Shown piece after piece: positions 50,485 to 60,657 of a DNA stretch of 64,000 nt. Numbering within the stretch: the stretch's first letter is position 1; every line of letters starts with the position of its first letter. A program made the translations under genes and the position numbers. This DNA is from Bacilli bacterium (lineage in GTDB: Bacteria; Bacillota_I; Bacilli_A; ML615J-28; CAG-698), in contig JBMNLZ010000002.1 of assembly GCA_050953065.1 (NCBI GenBank), forward strand, positions 288,001 to 352,000. The letters are read 5' to 3'. Below the pieces are notes generated by a model. That model searched no databases, had not been told where the DNA came from, and worked only from the letters and a program-made list of their open reading frames with translations.

Positions 50485-51000
50485 ATGGATATTTTTGAAG
50501 CTATAAAGAATAGAAGAAGTATTAGAAAGTTTTCTAATAAAGAAATCAAACAAACAGAAATTGAGACAATGATTAGAATGGCAATGCAAGCTCCAACTGC
50601 TCGTGGTCAAAAACCATGGAGGTTTCTTGTTGTAAGTGATAAAAAAATATTAAAAGAATTATCAAATATTTTATCTAATGGAATAATGTTAGTTGAAGCT
50701 AGTCTTTGTATTATTTTAGTAACGGATAAATCTGATTTAGCATCAGTTGAGTATTATCCTCAAGATATGGCTGCAGCAACTCAAAACTTAATGTTAGCAG
50801 CAACGGCACTAAACATTGGAAGTTGTTGGCTTGGAACTTATCCAAATATTGAAAGAATGGAAAAGTTAGAAAAACTAATTCCTCTTCCTGAAAACTGTGA
50901 ATACTTTTCAATGATAGCTTTAGGTTATCCAAAAGATGAGGCTGATTTAAAATTTATTGATAAATATGATTCAAGTAGAATCCATTATGATAGGTTTTAA
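50485..51000 (+). CDS. Nitroreductase family protein
   Basis: RRSIRKF, APTARGQKPWRF, GSCWLG. Confidence 0.9.
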   Translation: MDIFEAIKNRRSIRKFSNKEIKQTEIETMIRMAMQAPTARGQKPWRFLVVSDKKILKELSNILSNGIMLVEASLCIILVTDKSDLASVEYYPQDMAAATQNLMLAATALNIGSCWLGTYPNIERMEKLEKLIPLPENCEYFSMIALGYPKDEADLKFIDKYDSSRIHYDRF

Positions 51001-51003
51001 ATA

Positions 51004-51819
51004 ATGCCAGAATTACCTGAAGTTGAAACCGTCAAAAATCATTTAAGTAGTTTAATTAAAGGTGAAGTGATTAAATCAGTTGAAGTTAGATGGGATAATT
51101 TAATTGCTAATGTAAGTAAAATAGAATTTGAAAGTAAATTAAAGAATCAAAAAATAAATGAAATTAAAAGAAAAGCTAAATATTTAATTTTTGAACTGAA
51201 TAATTTTTATCTTTTATCTCATTTAAGAATGGAAGGAAAATACATTTTAAAAAATGATTTAAGTTTAAATAAACATGACCATATTATCTTTTACCTTGAA
51301 AGTAAAAAATTCTTGATATATAATGATGTTAGAAAATTTGGTAAGTTTTATTTATTTAATAAAGAGACTGATATCTTTAAAGAAAAACCTTTATCTTTAA
51401 TAGGAGTTGAAGCTAATTCAAATGAATTAACCTTTAGTTATCTAAAAGAAAAGTTTGAAAAGAAAAATATAGCTATTAAAACAGTTTTACTTGATCAAAG
51501 CGTTTTAAGCGGGCTTGGAAATATTTATGCAAATGAGGTTTTATTTAAAGCATTAGTTAATCCTCATAAATTAGCCAGTTCATTAAATGATTTAGAAATT
51601 AATAATATCATTAAATATTCAAAAGAAATTTTAGATAAAGCGATCCTATTAGGTGGTACTACTATAAGGTCTTTTAAGGTAGATGATATTGATGGACGTT
51701 TTCAAAATGATTTAAATGTTCATATGAAAAAGACTTGTCCTAAATGTGGAGAGTTAATCAGTAAAGATTTTATTAATAAAAGAAGTAGTTATTATTGTAA
51801 GAGTTGTCAGAAACTATAA
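51004..51819 (+). CDS. mutM: Formamidopyrimidine-DNA glycosylase
   Basis: MPELPEVE, HLRMEG, GLGNIYANE, C-terminal zinc finger. Confidence 0.97.
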   Translation: MPELPEVETVKNHLSSLIKGEVIKSVEVRWDNLIANVSKIEFESKLKNQKINEIKRKAKYLIFELNNFYLLSHLRMEGKYILKNDLSLNKHDHIIFYLESKKFLIYNDVRKFGKFYLFNKETDIFKEKPLSLIGVEANSNELTFSYLKEKFEKKNIAIKTVLLDQSVLSGLGNIYANEVLFKALVNPHKLASSLNDLEINNIIKYSKEILDKAILLGGTTIRSFKVDDIDGRFQNDLNVHMKKTCPKCGELISKDFINKRSSYYCKSCQKL

Positions 51820-51830
51820 GGAGAATAAAA

Positions 51831-52394
51831 ATGGTTATCGGAATAACTGGCTCAATTGCTAGTGGAAAATCACTTGTTTCAAATTACTTAATCAAAAAAG
51901 GTTTTAAAGTCATAGATGCTGATAAAATTGCTAAAGAAGTTTTTGAAAAGAAATTAAAGAAAATAAAAAAGTTATTCCCTAATGCCTTAATTGGTGGTAA
52001 AATAGATAAGAAGCAAATCGCTTTAGAAATTTTTAATTCTAAAGAAAATAAAGAAAAATTAGAAAATCTAATTCATCCTTTAGTTTTTAGAAAAATAAAA
52101 CAAAATATTAAGGAAAATAAAGAAAGGTTAATTTTTGTTGATTTACCACTTTTATATGAAACTAATTCTGTTAATCTTTTTGATAAAGTAGTAGTAGTTT
52201 ATGTAACTAAAGATATTCAAGTAAAAAGATTAATGGAAAGAGATAATATTGATGAAAGTTATGCTTTGAAAAAGATTGTTTCCCAAAAGTCAATGGAAGA
52301 AAAGAAAAATGAAGCAGATTTTGTAATTGATAACAGTAAAACTCAAGAAGAAACCTTTAGGCAAGTTGATGAGGTATTGGAGAAAATAAAATGA
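51831..52394 (+). CDS. coaE: Dephospho-CoA kinase
   Basis: IGITGSIASGKS, DAD, IHPLV, PLLYE. Confidence 0.95.
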   Translation: MVIGITGSIASGKSLVSNYLIKKGFKVIDADKIAKEVFEKKLKKIKKLFPNALIGGKIDKKQIALEIFNSKENKEKLENLIHPLVFRKIKQNIKENKERLIFVDLPLLYETNSVNLFDKVVVVYVTKDIQVKRLMERDNIDESYALKKIVSQKSMEEKKNEADFVIDNSKTQEETFRQVDEVLEKIK

Positions 52395-52759
52395 AATTTT
52401 TAGATTATTTTAGTAATGAATTTGAAACTAGAGAAGATCACTATATACCTAGTTTAAAAACTAGGTATTATAGAGTTAGAAATGAAGAAGCTTATGAGAA
52501 AATTAAACAAGTAATCTTACAAGAAAAAGGAAGAATAAAAAGTGAGAGTACTAATTATCATGAGATTTTTTATGAAACTCCTAAATATAGTGCTGTTATA
52601 ATTTATCTAAGTCCTAAGATTAGTGAAACAGCAATTGATATAAAAGTAACAACTTATAGAATGTTTGGTCTTTTAGGACCTGGTAAAAAAATAATAGAAA
52701 GGCTTTATCAAGAATTAGATAAAGTTCTACCTTATAAAGGAACTAGTTTATACAAGTAA
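52391..52759 (+). CDS. Conserved hypothetical cytosolic protein of the coaE-dnaB region
   Basis: Intact ORF, translationally coupled to coaE. Confidence 0.65.
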   Translation: MKFLDYFSNEFETREDHYIPSLKTRYYRVRNEEAYEKIKQVILQEKGRIKSESTNYHEIFYETPKYSAVIIYLSPKISETAIDIKVTTYRMFGLLGPGKKIIERLYQELDKVLPYKGTSLYK

Positions 52760-52771
52760 GGTGAGGGATAT

Positions 52772-54061
52772 ATGGCTTTAGACATCCACAGCTCTTTTAA
52801 AATTAACAATCAAATAACCTTAACCGGAGGAGACTACAAAACACTTAGTCTCCTATATTTGCCGTTAATAGGAATCGATAGTTATGCTTTGTATATGATG
52901 TTGACATTTTTAAATCCAGAGGATAATTTTGATCATAAAAGGTTACTTGATAATTTGCATTTTACTAGTGCTAGAATGTTGGAGAATTCTTTTAATAAAC
53001 TTCAAGCCTTTGGTTTATTAAAGGTTTATACTAATAAACAAAAAAATATTGTTTATTCTCTTATATCACCTTTAAGTGAGGATTCATTTTTAGCCGATTC
53101 TACTCTAAAAGCTTTACTTGAAAGTGAAATAGGCGAGGCTGAAGTTGCTAAACTTACTAAACAAAAAAATTCACTTAGGAATTATCAAGAAATAACTAAA
53201 TCATTTAATGATGTTTTTACAACAACTACTAAAACAAATCTAGATATTTTTGATAAGATGATTAATGCTAAAGTAGTTGATAATATTTCAATAGATAATG
53301 AAAACTTTGATTATGAGTTTTTCAAGTCATTATTTGATACTAAGTTTATTGATAATAAAGTTTTAGAAACTACAGAATTAAAAGATACTATTTATAGAGT
53401 TAGTTATTTATTTAAACTAAGTGAACAAGAAATGTATGACGTTGTTATTAAAACAATTACAATTGATAAGGATTTAAAATTATCTGATATTACAACAAAT
53501 GCTAAAAGATTATTCCAAAAGAAAAATAATGATAAAACACCAAAACTAGTTAATAAAGAAAAAGATGCTTTTATTAATAGTAGTCTAGATGATGAAACTA
53601 AAAAGTTACTTAACTATTTAGAAAATGCAAGTCCAGCTGATGTTTTAAGATCAACATCAGGAATTGCACCAAGTGTTTCTGAACTTGCAATGGTTGATAC
53701 ATTACTTGAAAAGACTAACTTTAATCCAGCTGTCATTAATGTTATGATTTTAATGGTTCTAAAAGAAAAGAATGGAGAGCTTCCAAGTTATAATTATTTT
53801 GAAAAAATAGCTAATACTTGGGCTAGAGCTAAAGTGAAAACAGCACTTGATGCTTTAACTTATATTAAAAATACTAAACCTTCTAATAATATAAAACCAA
53901 AAACTAAATCAACTTATAAAAAGGATAATACATTAAAGCCAGATTGGTATGAGGCATACCAACAAGAATTAGAAAATAAAAAGAATGAGAAAAAAGAAAT
54001 AGAAGAAGATGATCTTGATAAAGTTTTTGCAAGAGCTAAAGAAATGCTTGAGGGTAAATAA
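52772..54061 (+). CDS. dnaB: Replication initiation/membrane attachment protein (Firmicutes DnaB, DnaD-type domain)
   Basis: LYLPLIG, YFEKIANTW, PDWY; adjacent to dnaI. Confidence 0.85.
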   Translation: MALDIHSSFKINNQITLTGGDYKTLSLLYLPLIGIDSYALYMMLTFLNPEDNFDHKRLLDNLHFTSARMLENSFNKLQAFGLLKVYTNKQKNIVYSLISPLSEDSFLADSTLKALLESEIGEAEVAKLTKQKNSLRNYQEITKSFNDVFTTTTKTNLDIFDKMINAKVVDNISIDNENFDYEFFKSLFDTKFIDNKVLETTELKDTIYRVSYLFKLSEQEMYDVVIKTITIDKDLKLSDITTNAKRLFQKKNNDKTPKLVNKEKDAFINSSLDDETKKLLNYLENASPADVLRSTSGIAPSVSELAMVDTLLEKTNFNPAVINVMILMVLKEKNGELPSYNYFEKIANTWARAKVKTALDALTYIKNTKPSNNIKPKTKSTYKKDNTLKPDWYEAYQQELENKKNEKKEIEEDDLDKVFARAKEMLEGK

Positions 54062-54906
54062 TGAATAATAAATATGATGAAATAATAAAACGAATAATTT
54101 CTAAAAAAGAAATTGCTGAATTTATAAAAGAAAATAAGTTAACTAAAAATGAGATAAATAATAATTTTGGTATTTTTCTAACATGTTCTAATTATTTAGA
54201 AGAGTGTGGTAAATGTTTAGGGAAAAAAGATTGTGCATTTGATGATTATATGCAAGCTAAACTTAGTATGGGAAATGGTCAAGTAGTTCTAGCGTATAAA
54301 GAATGTCCATATAAAGTTAATAAAGATTATCTTTTAGAAATGCTTTATTTTCCAGAAGTTGATATTGAAGATCAAGAGTTGATTTGTAATAGTAAAAGAA
54401 ATGATGTTTTTAAAGCAATTGATAATTTTAATACTAATTATAAAGAAAATAAATATGCTAAAGGACTTTATATTCATGGTTCTTTTGGAAGTGGAAAAAC
54501 TTTTATTTTATTAAAACTTGCCAAGCAACTTACTAAAATGGATAAATCAGTTTTATTTGTTTATTATCCTGATTTAGTAAGAAATTTAAGAAGCGCAGTT
54601 TCAAGTGGTACTTTAGAAGAAATTGTTGATAAATTAAAAGGTGTAGATATTCTAATGCTAGATGATATTGGAGCAGAAAATAATACAAACTTTATTAGAG
54701 ATGATGTTTTAGGACCAGTTCTAAATTATAGGCTTAATGCTAATTTGCCAGTTTTTATGACTAGTAATTATGATCTTAATTTATTAAGGCAACACTTAAC
54801 TGAAACTTCAAGTGAAGTTAATACAATTAAAAGTGATAGAATAATTGAAAGAATTAGATATATGATGGAAGTAGTTAGTTTAACTGATGTTAACCATCGA
54901 AATTGA
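54061..54906 (+). CDS. dnaI: Primosomal helicase loader DnaI
   Basis: GLYIHGSFGSGKT, LMLDDIGAE, IRDDVLG, RIIERIR. Confidence 0.93.
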   Translation: MNNKYDEIIKRIISKKEIAEFIKENKLTKNEINNNFGIFLTCSNYLEECGKCLGKKDCAFDDYMQAKLSMGNGQVVLAYKECPYKVNKDYLLEMLYFPEVDIEDQELICNSKRNDVFKAIDNFNTNYKENKYAKGLYIHGSFGSGKTFILLKLAKQLTKMDKSVLFVYYPDLVRNLRSAVSSGTLEEIVDKLKGVDILMLDDIGAENNTNFIRDDVLGPVLNYRLNANLPVFMTSNYDLNLLRQHLTETSSEVNTIKSDRIIERIRYMMEVVSLTDVNHRN

Positions 54907-54922
54907 TTAGGTAGGTATAAAT

Positions 54923-55207
54923 ATGAATTGTTTAAAATGTAAATCAGAAATGAAAGAAAATGAAACTATTTGTAGATTATGTGGTGCAGTACATAAACTA
55001 AATAGAAGACAAAAATTAGTATTATTAAGTCCAATTACTGCAAAACAAGTTTTAATTGGGATTCTTTTCCCTCCACTTGGTTTTGCTTTGTGGGGCTTAG
55101 ATGTTAAAGAAGACCCAGGTAAAGCTAAAAACTATTTACGTTTTAGTTTGCTTGGAGTTTTAGTTTACATAGTAGCGTTTGTTATTGTAAATATGAATGC
55201 GATTTAA
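54923..55207 (+). CDS. Small zinc-ribbon membrane protein
   Basis: CxxC...CxxC plus two hydrophobic segments. Confidence 0.7.
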   Translation: MNCLKCKSEMKENETICRLCGAVHKLNRRQKLVLLSPITAKQVLIGILFPPLGFALWGLDVKEDPGKAKNYLRFSLLGVLVYIVAFVIVNMNAI

Positions 55208-55370
55208 ATTATAGGCGTTTTAAAAAAACTTAATAAGGAATCAAAGTGAAAATCTTTAGCTGCCCCAGCAACCGTGATATGAATGAAATGAGTTAACCAC
55301 TGAAAAGTAAATTTTTTGGGAAGGTTCAAAGTAAAGTGAAGTTAAGCCGGGAGACTTGCCTATATTTAAA
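55203..55370 (+). promoter_or_regulatory. Cobalamin riboswitch
   Basis: P1 ataggc/gcctat; AAGGAA...GTGAAAATC...CTGCCCCAGCAACCGTGA; CCACTG; GGGAAGG; B12-box AAGCCGGGAGACTTGCC; lies upstream of B12-type uptake genes. Confidence 0.92.
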
Positions 55371-55395
55371 AATATAAAATAAATAAGGAGAAGAA

Positions 55396-56247
55396 ATGAA
55401 AAAAATGTATTTACTTTTGATTTTTTTGTTGGTGTTTGCTGGGTGCTCAAACAAAAAACAAAAAGATGTAGTTGATCAGAATGTCGATTCATATATTGAT
55501 AGTTTCATTGAAACTAAAGTTATGGATTATGTTGCCTTTGAAGATGAGGCCTATGTTGTTAATGTTTATGTATTAGGAGCCATAAATAAATTAGAAGGGT
55601 TTGATAAAACAATTTTAAATATTGATAAAGATGATTTAGTTGTTTATTTAAATGGGTTAGAAAAAACTCCACTTAATTTGTTTAAAAAAGCTCTAACAAA
55701 TGATTTCTTTGGCCTAGACCAAACAAATGTTAAAAACGATTTAAATGCTCTTACAACAGAAAGCGTTACGAATGTTTATGATATGCTAAATATCATTTAT
55801 GCATTTAATGTTTTAAAAGAAGAGAGTGCATTAAAAACTACTTTTGAAGAGTATGTTCTAAATTTAGAAAATAATCCATATAGTGATAGTGATTATGCAG
55901 CACAAGTAATTTTAGCTTTAGCTAATAAGGATTATGATTTAACGCCTCATAAGGATTTAATTTTAGATTCATTGACTGCTGAGGGAATTAACGCTTGGGG
56001 GAATAATAATTCAGCTTCTACTGCAATGGCTGTTATGGCATTTTTAGCACTAGGAGAAAATCCAAGAGCAATAAATGATATAGATTTAATTAGTATTCTT
56101 TTTGATTATAAACTAGATGATGCTTTTAAATGGTTAAAAGAAGATGCTGAAGCTGATCTTAACTTTTCAACACCACAAGTTTTTACGGCTTTTGTACTTT
56201 ATCAAGTGTTTCAAAAAACAGAAAAGAATGTTAATCTTTTTTCATAA
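55396..56247 (+). CDS. Lipoprotein with alpha/alpha-toroid (prenyltransferase/transcobalamin alpha-domain-like) repeats, putative B12 binder
   Basis: FAGC lipobox; DSDYAAQVILAL, NSASTAMAVMAFLALGENP; riboswitch context. Confidence 0.65.
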   Translation: MKKMYLLLIFLLVFAGCSNKKQKDVVDQNVDSYIDSFIETKVMDYVAFEDEAYVVNVYVLGAINKLEGFDKTILNIDKDDLVVYLNGLEKTPLNLFKKALTNDFFGLDQTNVKNDLNALTTESVTNVYDMLNIIYAFNVLKEESALKTTFEEYVLNLENNPYSDSDYAAQVILALANKDYDLTPHKDLILDSLTAEGINAWGNNNSASTAMAVMAFLALGENPRAINDIDLISILFDYKLDDAFKWLKEDAEADLNFSTPQVFTAFVLYQVFQKTEKNVNLFS

Positions 56248-56643
56248 ATGAAAAACACAATTCTTAAAGTTGCTTTAACTCTTCTTGGTATAGCGTTAAT
56301 TGTTTTTATCTATTTTATTAGTCAACCTAAAATAGATAGTGGTATAATTAATATTATTTTAGTTAATGATGAAGGTGTTGAAGTAATTAATGATGAAATA
56401 GAATTTAGTGAATATACTGATGGAAAGAAAACAACACTTTATGCTATTTTAGAAGCAAACTATGATATTAGAGTAGATAATGGTTTTTTATATGACTTTG
56501 AAAGTGTTAAAACAGATGGCGTTGATAACTTTATCAAGATTTTAAAAAATGATTCCTTCGCAACAAAAGGAATTAAAACCATAGATTTTAAAGATCAAGA
56601 TGTGATAAAGTTTGTTTATACAAAGGTCGGTGATTTCTCTTGA
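56248..56643 (+). CDS. Membrane-anchored DUF4430/transcobalamin beta-domain-like protein
   Basis: N-terminal TM; TLYAIL...GF...NDSFATKGIKTIDFKDQDVIKFVY pattern. Confidence 0.6.
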   Translation: MKNTILKVALTLLGIALIVFIYFISQPKIDSGIINIILVNDEGVEVINDEIEFSEYTDGKKTTLYAILEANYDIRVDNGFLYDFESVKTDGVDNFIKILKNDSFATKGIKTIDFKDQDVIKFVYTKVGDFS

Positions 56644-57155
56644 AAAACTTTAAAACAAGAGATATTACAATCTTAGCAGTTTTAACTGCTGTTTTATTTG
56701 CTCAAGAATTAGCGTTATCTTTTTTACCTAATATTCAGTTAACAGTATTATTGATAATGTTATATTCAAGAGTTTTGGGAACTAAAAAAAGTCTAATTGT
56801 TGTTTTTGTGCATGTTCTATTAGATAATTTGATTTTTGGATTTAATATATTATACTTTATTAGTATGCTAATTGGTTGGAGTGTAATTCCTCTTTCAATT
56901 AACTCTGTTTTTAAAAGAATAGAAAATGTTTATTTATTAGGACTACTTGGAATATTATATTCTATTATTTATGTTCTACCTTTTATGGCAGTAAATGTTT
57001 TGATTTTAAAGGTTGATTTTTATGCTTATTTAATAGCGGATATTCCTTTTACAGCCGTTTTAGCTATTAGTAGTTTTTTAAGTATTATTTGGGCATATAA
57101 ACCTTTAGAAGAATCAATTCTAAAATTTAATCAAATTTATGAGTTAAATAATTAA
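56640..57155 (+). CDS. cbrT: ECF transporter S component, CbrT-like (cobalamin)
   Basis: Multi-TM ~170 aa, LPNIQ motif, cobalamin riboswitch operon. Confidence 0.7.
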   Translation: MKNFKTRDITILAVLTAVLFAQELALSFLPNIQLTVLLIMLYSRVLGTKKSLIVVFVHVLLDNLIFGFNILYFISMLIGWSVIPLSINSVFKRIENVYLLGLLGILYSIIYVLPFMAVNVLILKVDFYAYLIADIPFTAVLAISSFLSIIWAYKPLEESILKFNQIYELNN

Positions 57156-57171
57156 ATGAAGTTTAAAAAAT

Positions 57172-57216
57172 AATTAAAAAATGTATCATACCTATTAGTA
57201 TGATACATTTTTAATT
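57172..57216. terminator. Bidirectional terminator
   Basis: aattaaaaaatgtatcatac / gtatgatacatttttaatt. Confidence 0.8.
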
Positions 57217-57263
57217 TTCTTTTAATAAATGTTTTCGTAATTCCCCCTGAAATATATTCCTAT

Positions 57264-57634
57264 TTATATACTATATGGATCACTTACTACAATAGTTCCA
57301 CCATATGAATATAACATAACAGCAATTAAAGAAATTGCTAAAACAAGTAAAACAATTAATACAAAATAAATAGTTTAGTAAAGAAATACTTTTTAGCTTT
57401 TTTATGTAATAATTCAACATTTACATAAGATTTGAAAGAACTAGCAATTTCTTCTGGTTCTCCAAATTCTTCCCTTATTTCTTTGATTGATGAATTAGGA
57501 TTTTCAAAAAGAAAATCCTGAATATTTTCTTTAAAAGAAGATATAAAAGCTAATTTAATATTTGATGAACAAAGCATTTTAGATTTAATGTTTCTTAGGT
57601 ATTTTTTGAATTCTTTACTTTTTAGAATTTCCAT
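57264..57634 (-). pseudogene. HAAS/DUF6120-like membrane signalling protein, frameshifted before its TM helix
   Basis: EFGEPEEIA motif. A one-base shift near 57363-57366 continues into VLIVLLVLAISLIAVMLYSYGGTIVVSDPYSI*. Confidence 0.6.
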
Positions 57635-58007
57635 TGTTATTTTCCTCCCAATTTAATAAACTTGAAACTCCTTTTGAAACTTCTTGATATTTTTCTAAAG
57701 CAAACTCTAAATATTCTTTTCCACTATCTTCAATATGATAGTAATTTCTAAATCTTTTTTTACCAACCAATACTTTGTTTGAAGAAATGAGTTTTCTTTC
57801 TTCTAGTTTATATAAAGGGCCATATAAAGAACCTTCTTTAACATCAAATACACCATTAGTTCTTATATATAAGTCTTTTTTAATCTCATAACCATAAGTA
57901 TCTTTTTCGGTTAAAAGATGTAAGATTAGGATTTCTAATAATCCAAATTTTAAATTTTCATCAAGATCAAATTTCCATTTTTCATCAGGATCTATTTTCC
58001 ACCACAT
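57615..58007 (-). CDS. PadR-family transcriptional regulator
   Basis: TYGYEI, EGSLYGPLYKLE, RNYYHIEDSG. Confidence 0.9.
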   Translation of the reverse strand: MWWKIDPDEKWKFDLDENLKFGLLEILILHLLTEKDTYGYEIKKDLYIRTNGVFDVKEGSLYGPLYKLEERKLISSNKVLVGKKRFRNYYHIEDSGKEYLEFALEKYQEVSKGVSSLLNWEENNNGNSKK

Positions 58008-58153
58008 AATTAATCACCTGCTTTTTATTTGTTTTAGATTTGATAATATAATTATACATTAATTATGACAAAATAACAATACTATTTTTAACAGTATATG
58101 TTGACTGAGATATTTTTAAATGATACAATATAGGTGAAAGGAAGGAGAATGTT

Positions 58154-59002
58154 ATGTATAAAAAACTAATAGGAATAGTGGGTGCATTGATAATGCTGTT
58201 TGGAATTTTTGGGCTTGCGGGTTGTGCAGAAAGCCTTGATAAGTATAAAGATGCTAAAATAATAGAACTTCAAACTTATGCAGACAGTAAAGGTGAAAGT
58301 AACTATACAGTAGAAAATTGGGAGACTATTGGCATAGCAACTGAGAATGGCAAGATGTCGATTGAAGCCTCAAATAATAGGTCGTTAGTAGATGATGCGG
58401 TTACTTTAGCAAAAGGAGAAATTGATATGGTATCAAGAAAATTAAGGGGTGGATATGATGATGAAGGAGTTGAGCCAGCACCACCTATCTGGACTGAATT
58501 TACATCGGATGAATCAAGATTAAAAGTTGGTGATAATTTGGTGATTAAGTTTTATTATGCACCACAGTCAAGTTATGACATTAGTACATATGATCCAGCT
58601 CCGATTAGCGTTACAGCAAAGATTATTACAGGATATGGGACATATACAAGAAAACTTCTTCAGAAAGGTGACTATACATATAGTCAGCCTGAATATACAT
58701 TTGAGTATGAAAATAAAGAAGAATTTGTCAAGAAAGAAATAAGCAATTTTGCGAATTCAAATAATTATCCTACGGCAGGATCAGAATTTGTTGCATTTGA
58801 GGAAATTGAAATTCCTGCAAATTGGTTTGTCGGAGAAATGGGGGCAATTGGTTGGACTGTAGTAGCAAAACTGACATGGGCAGAGGAAGCTGGGATTGAC
58901 TCTATAAACCAAAGTGGAGGAGTTTCTATGTATTATAGAATAGAAGGAGAAAACATTATTTTGTACAGCAGTTACTATAATTTTTCAAACGATATAAGAT
59001 AG
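58154..59002 (+). CDS. Hypothetical lipoprotein with an N-terminal helical (FIVAR/GA-like) module
   Basis: LAGC lipobox; AAGGAG RBS; sequence visibly GC-richer than the host. Confidence 0.7.
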   Translation: MYKKLIGIVGALIMLFGIFGLAGCAESLDKYKDAKIIELQTYADSKGESNYTVENWETIGIATENGKMSIEASNNRSLVDDAVTLAKGEIDMVSRKLRGGYDDEGVEPAPPIWTEFTSDESRLKVGDNLVIKFYYAPQSSYDISTYDPAPISVTAKIITGYGTYTRKLLQKGDYTYSQPEYTFEYENKEEFVKKEISNFANSNNYPTAGSEFVAFEEIEIPANWFVGEMGAIGWTVVAKLTWAEEAGIDSINQSGGVSMYYRIEGENIILYSSYYNFSNDIR

Positions 59003-59039
59003 GTAAAAACAGTAAAATATAGATTTAGGAGAAAAAATT

Positions 59040-60250
59040 ATGAAGAATATGAAAATAAAGAAGAGAGTAATTACAATCATAGTGTCGATTTACTTTTTAG
59101 TTTGTGGCATTTTTGTGGTTAATAACGGCACATTGTCGACCTATGCATGGACTTCCGACAATGATGAAATATATGGATTTCAACCTACAATAGAAAATTT
59201 TACATACGGATTGGATGAGCAGTTTCTTGTATCATTTATGATCGATTCTGAAACTTATGAAATATCGGCAAGTACGGTGACATCCCTAAATTACACAACA
59301 AATGGGTTTCTAGTTATTCAGTTACCATTTTATTCACAAGGGACTATAAAAGCACAAATAAAATATAACGGGATGACTATTGATCCAATATTTACGGTTA
59401 TTGCAAAACTTGCAAATGGTCATCAGTTGTGTGCAAGTATTTATGGGATAATAGAGGATGATACTCTATATATAAATGGGAACTCTTATGAGGGGGCTAG
59501 GGATATTTATTATGCGACTGCGCTTGAAGAAGGGACAATGACGTTAGATGAATATGAGGCAGTTTTCAGTGGTGGTGGTTTGGGAAACACGAATATGAAA
59601 CCGCTAATCGTACCGCTTGCGTCAGGTGACACTTGGGTTTCAGGGACATTGCAATGGATAGACGATTGGGAGAATACTCATCCATTACAGCACACAAAGG
59701 TTACTGTTTATGATAAAGAGGGAGATTTGCTTATTGGTTGGTGGGACAGGGATTTATGCACGGTTTACACAAATGCTAACGGTAATTTTAGCGTAGGATT
59801 CAGTAATAGAAGTGGAGGTAGCAATATTTTTATTAAAGTATGGCCAGAAGGTGAAAACTCAGTCGTTAAGACAGGTGCGAACAACGAATATGTTTGGTGT
59901 AGTGAAACGGTATGGAGCGTAGCTACGGGATCAACGACTACAATTAATCGTACATTCAATATGCGCGACACGGGCAATTTTATTGATGGCGTTGAAGGAG
60001 ATGGCGATTTAGGGCGCGCCTTTCAGGTTTCACAAGCCACAATTATTGCGGCTCGGTACATTACAGAAATGAGGGGCAGTAGCATTTCAGATGTAACTGT
60101 TAGATATCCTCACAATGAAAGCAGTACTGGATGTTTTTACAGTGAAAATACGGTTTATATTATAGGAAATAGGGATATAACATTAGATACTACTTTTATA
60201 AATGGCGTTCGTTTTCGTTCCTACGCTTCGCGGGATGTTATAATGCATGA
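59040..60250 (+). pseudogene. 3'-truncated large secreted protein, probable zinc metallopeptidase
   Basis: Signal peptide present. Sequence style changes abruptly after ...RDVIMH, where an HExxH motif is expected (inference). The ORF runs to 60281 in unrelated sequence. Confidence 0.55.
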
Positions 60251-60657
60251 TAAAATATTTTATTACAATATTTACCTTTAAGTTTAATTATTTTTTGGTA
60301 TGATTCTTCTATTCTTTCAAGCGGAATCTTTCCTTCTTCAACTAATCTTACAAAAGTATTAAAAACATTGAATTGATCTTCTAATAAAGCTTGCCCACAA
60401 AAAACAAGCATATCACATCCTGCCATCACAGAATTATAAATAACCTCTTCTAACAAATAATTCTTACTAATTGCTTGCATTGTTAAGGAATCTGTAACAA
60501 TTAATCCTTTAAAGTTTAGTTCATTAATTAAAAAATCTCTCACAATATTTTTAGATAAACTTGCAGGGTAAGTATCAAAACTAGAATAGATGATATGAGA
60601 CATCATAACCCCATCAATTCCTTGTTCTATTGCTTCTTTAAAAGGAATGATTATTCC
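60238..60657 (-). pseudogene. 3' fragment of a GH3 beta-N-acetylhexosaminidase (NagZ-like)
   Basis: PFKEAI...GVMMSH...PASLS...LNFKGLIVTDSLTMQAI...AGCDML; N-terminal part absent. Confidence 0.8.
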
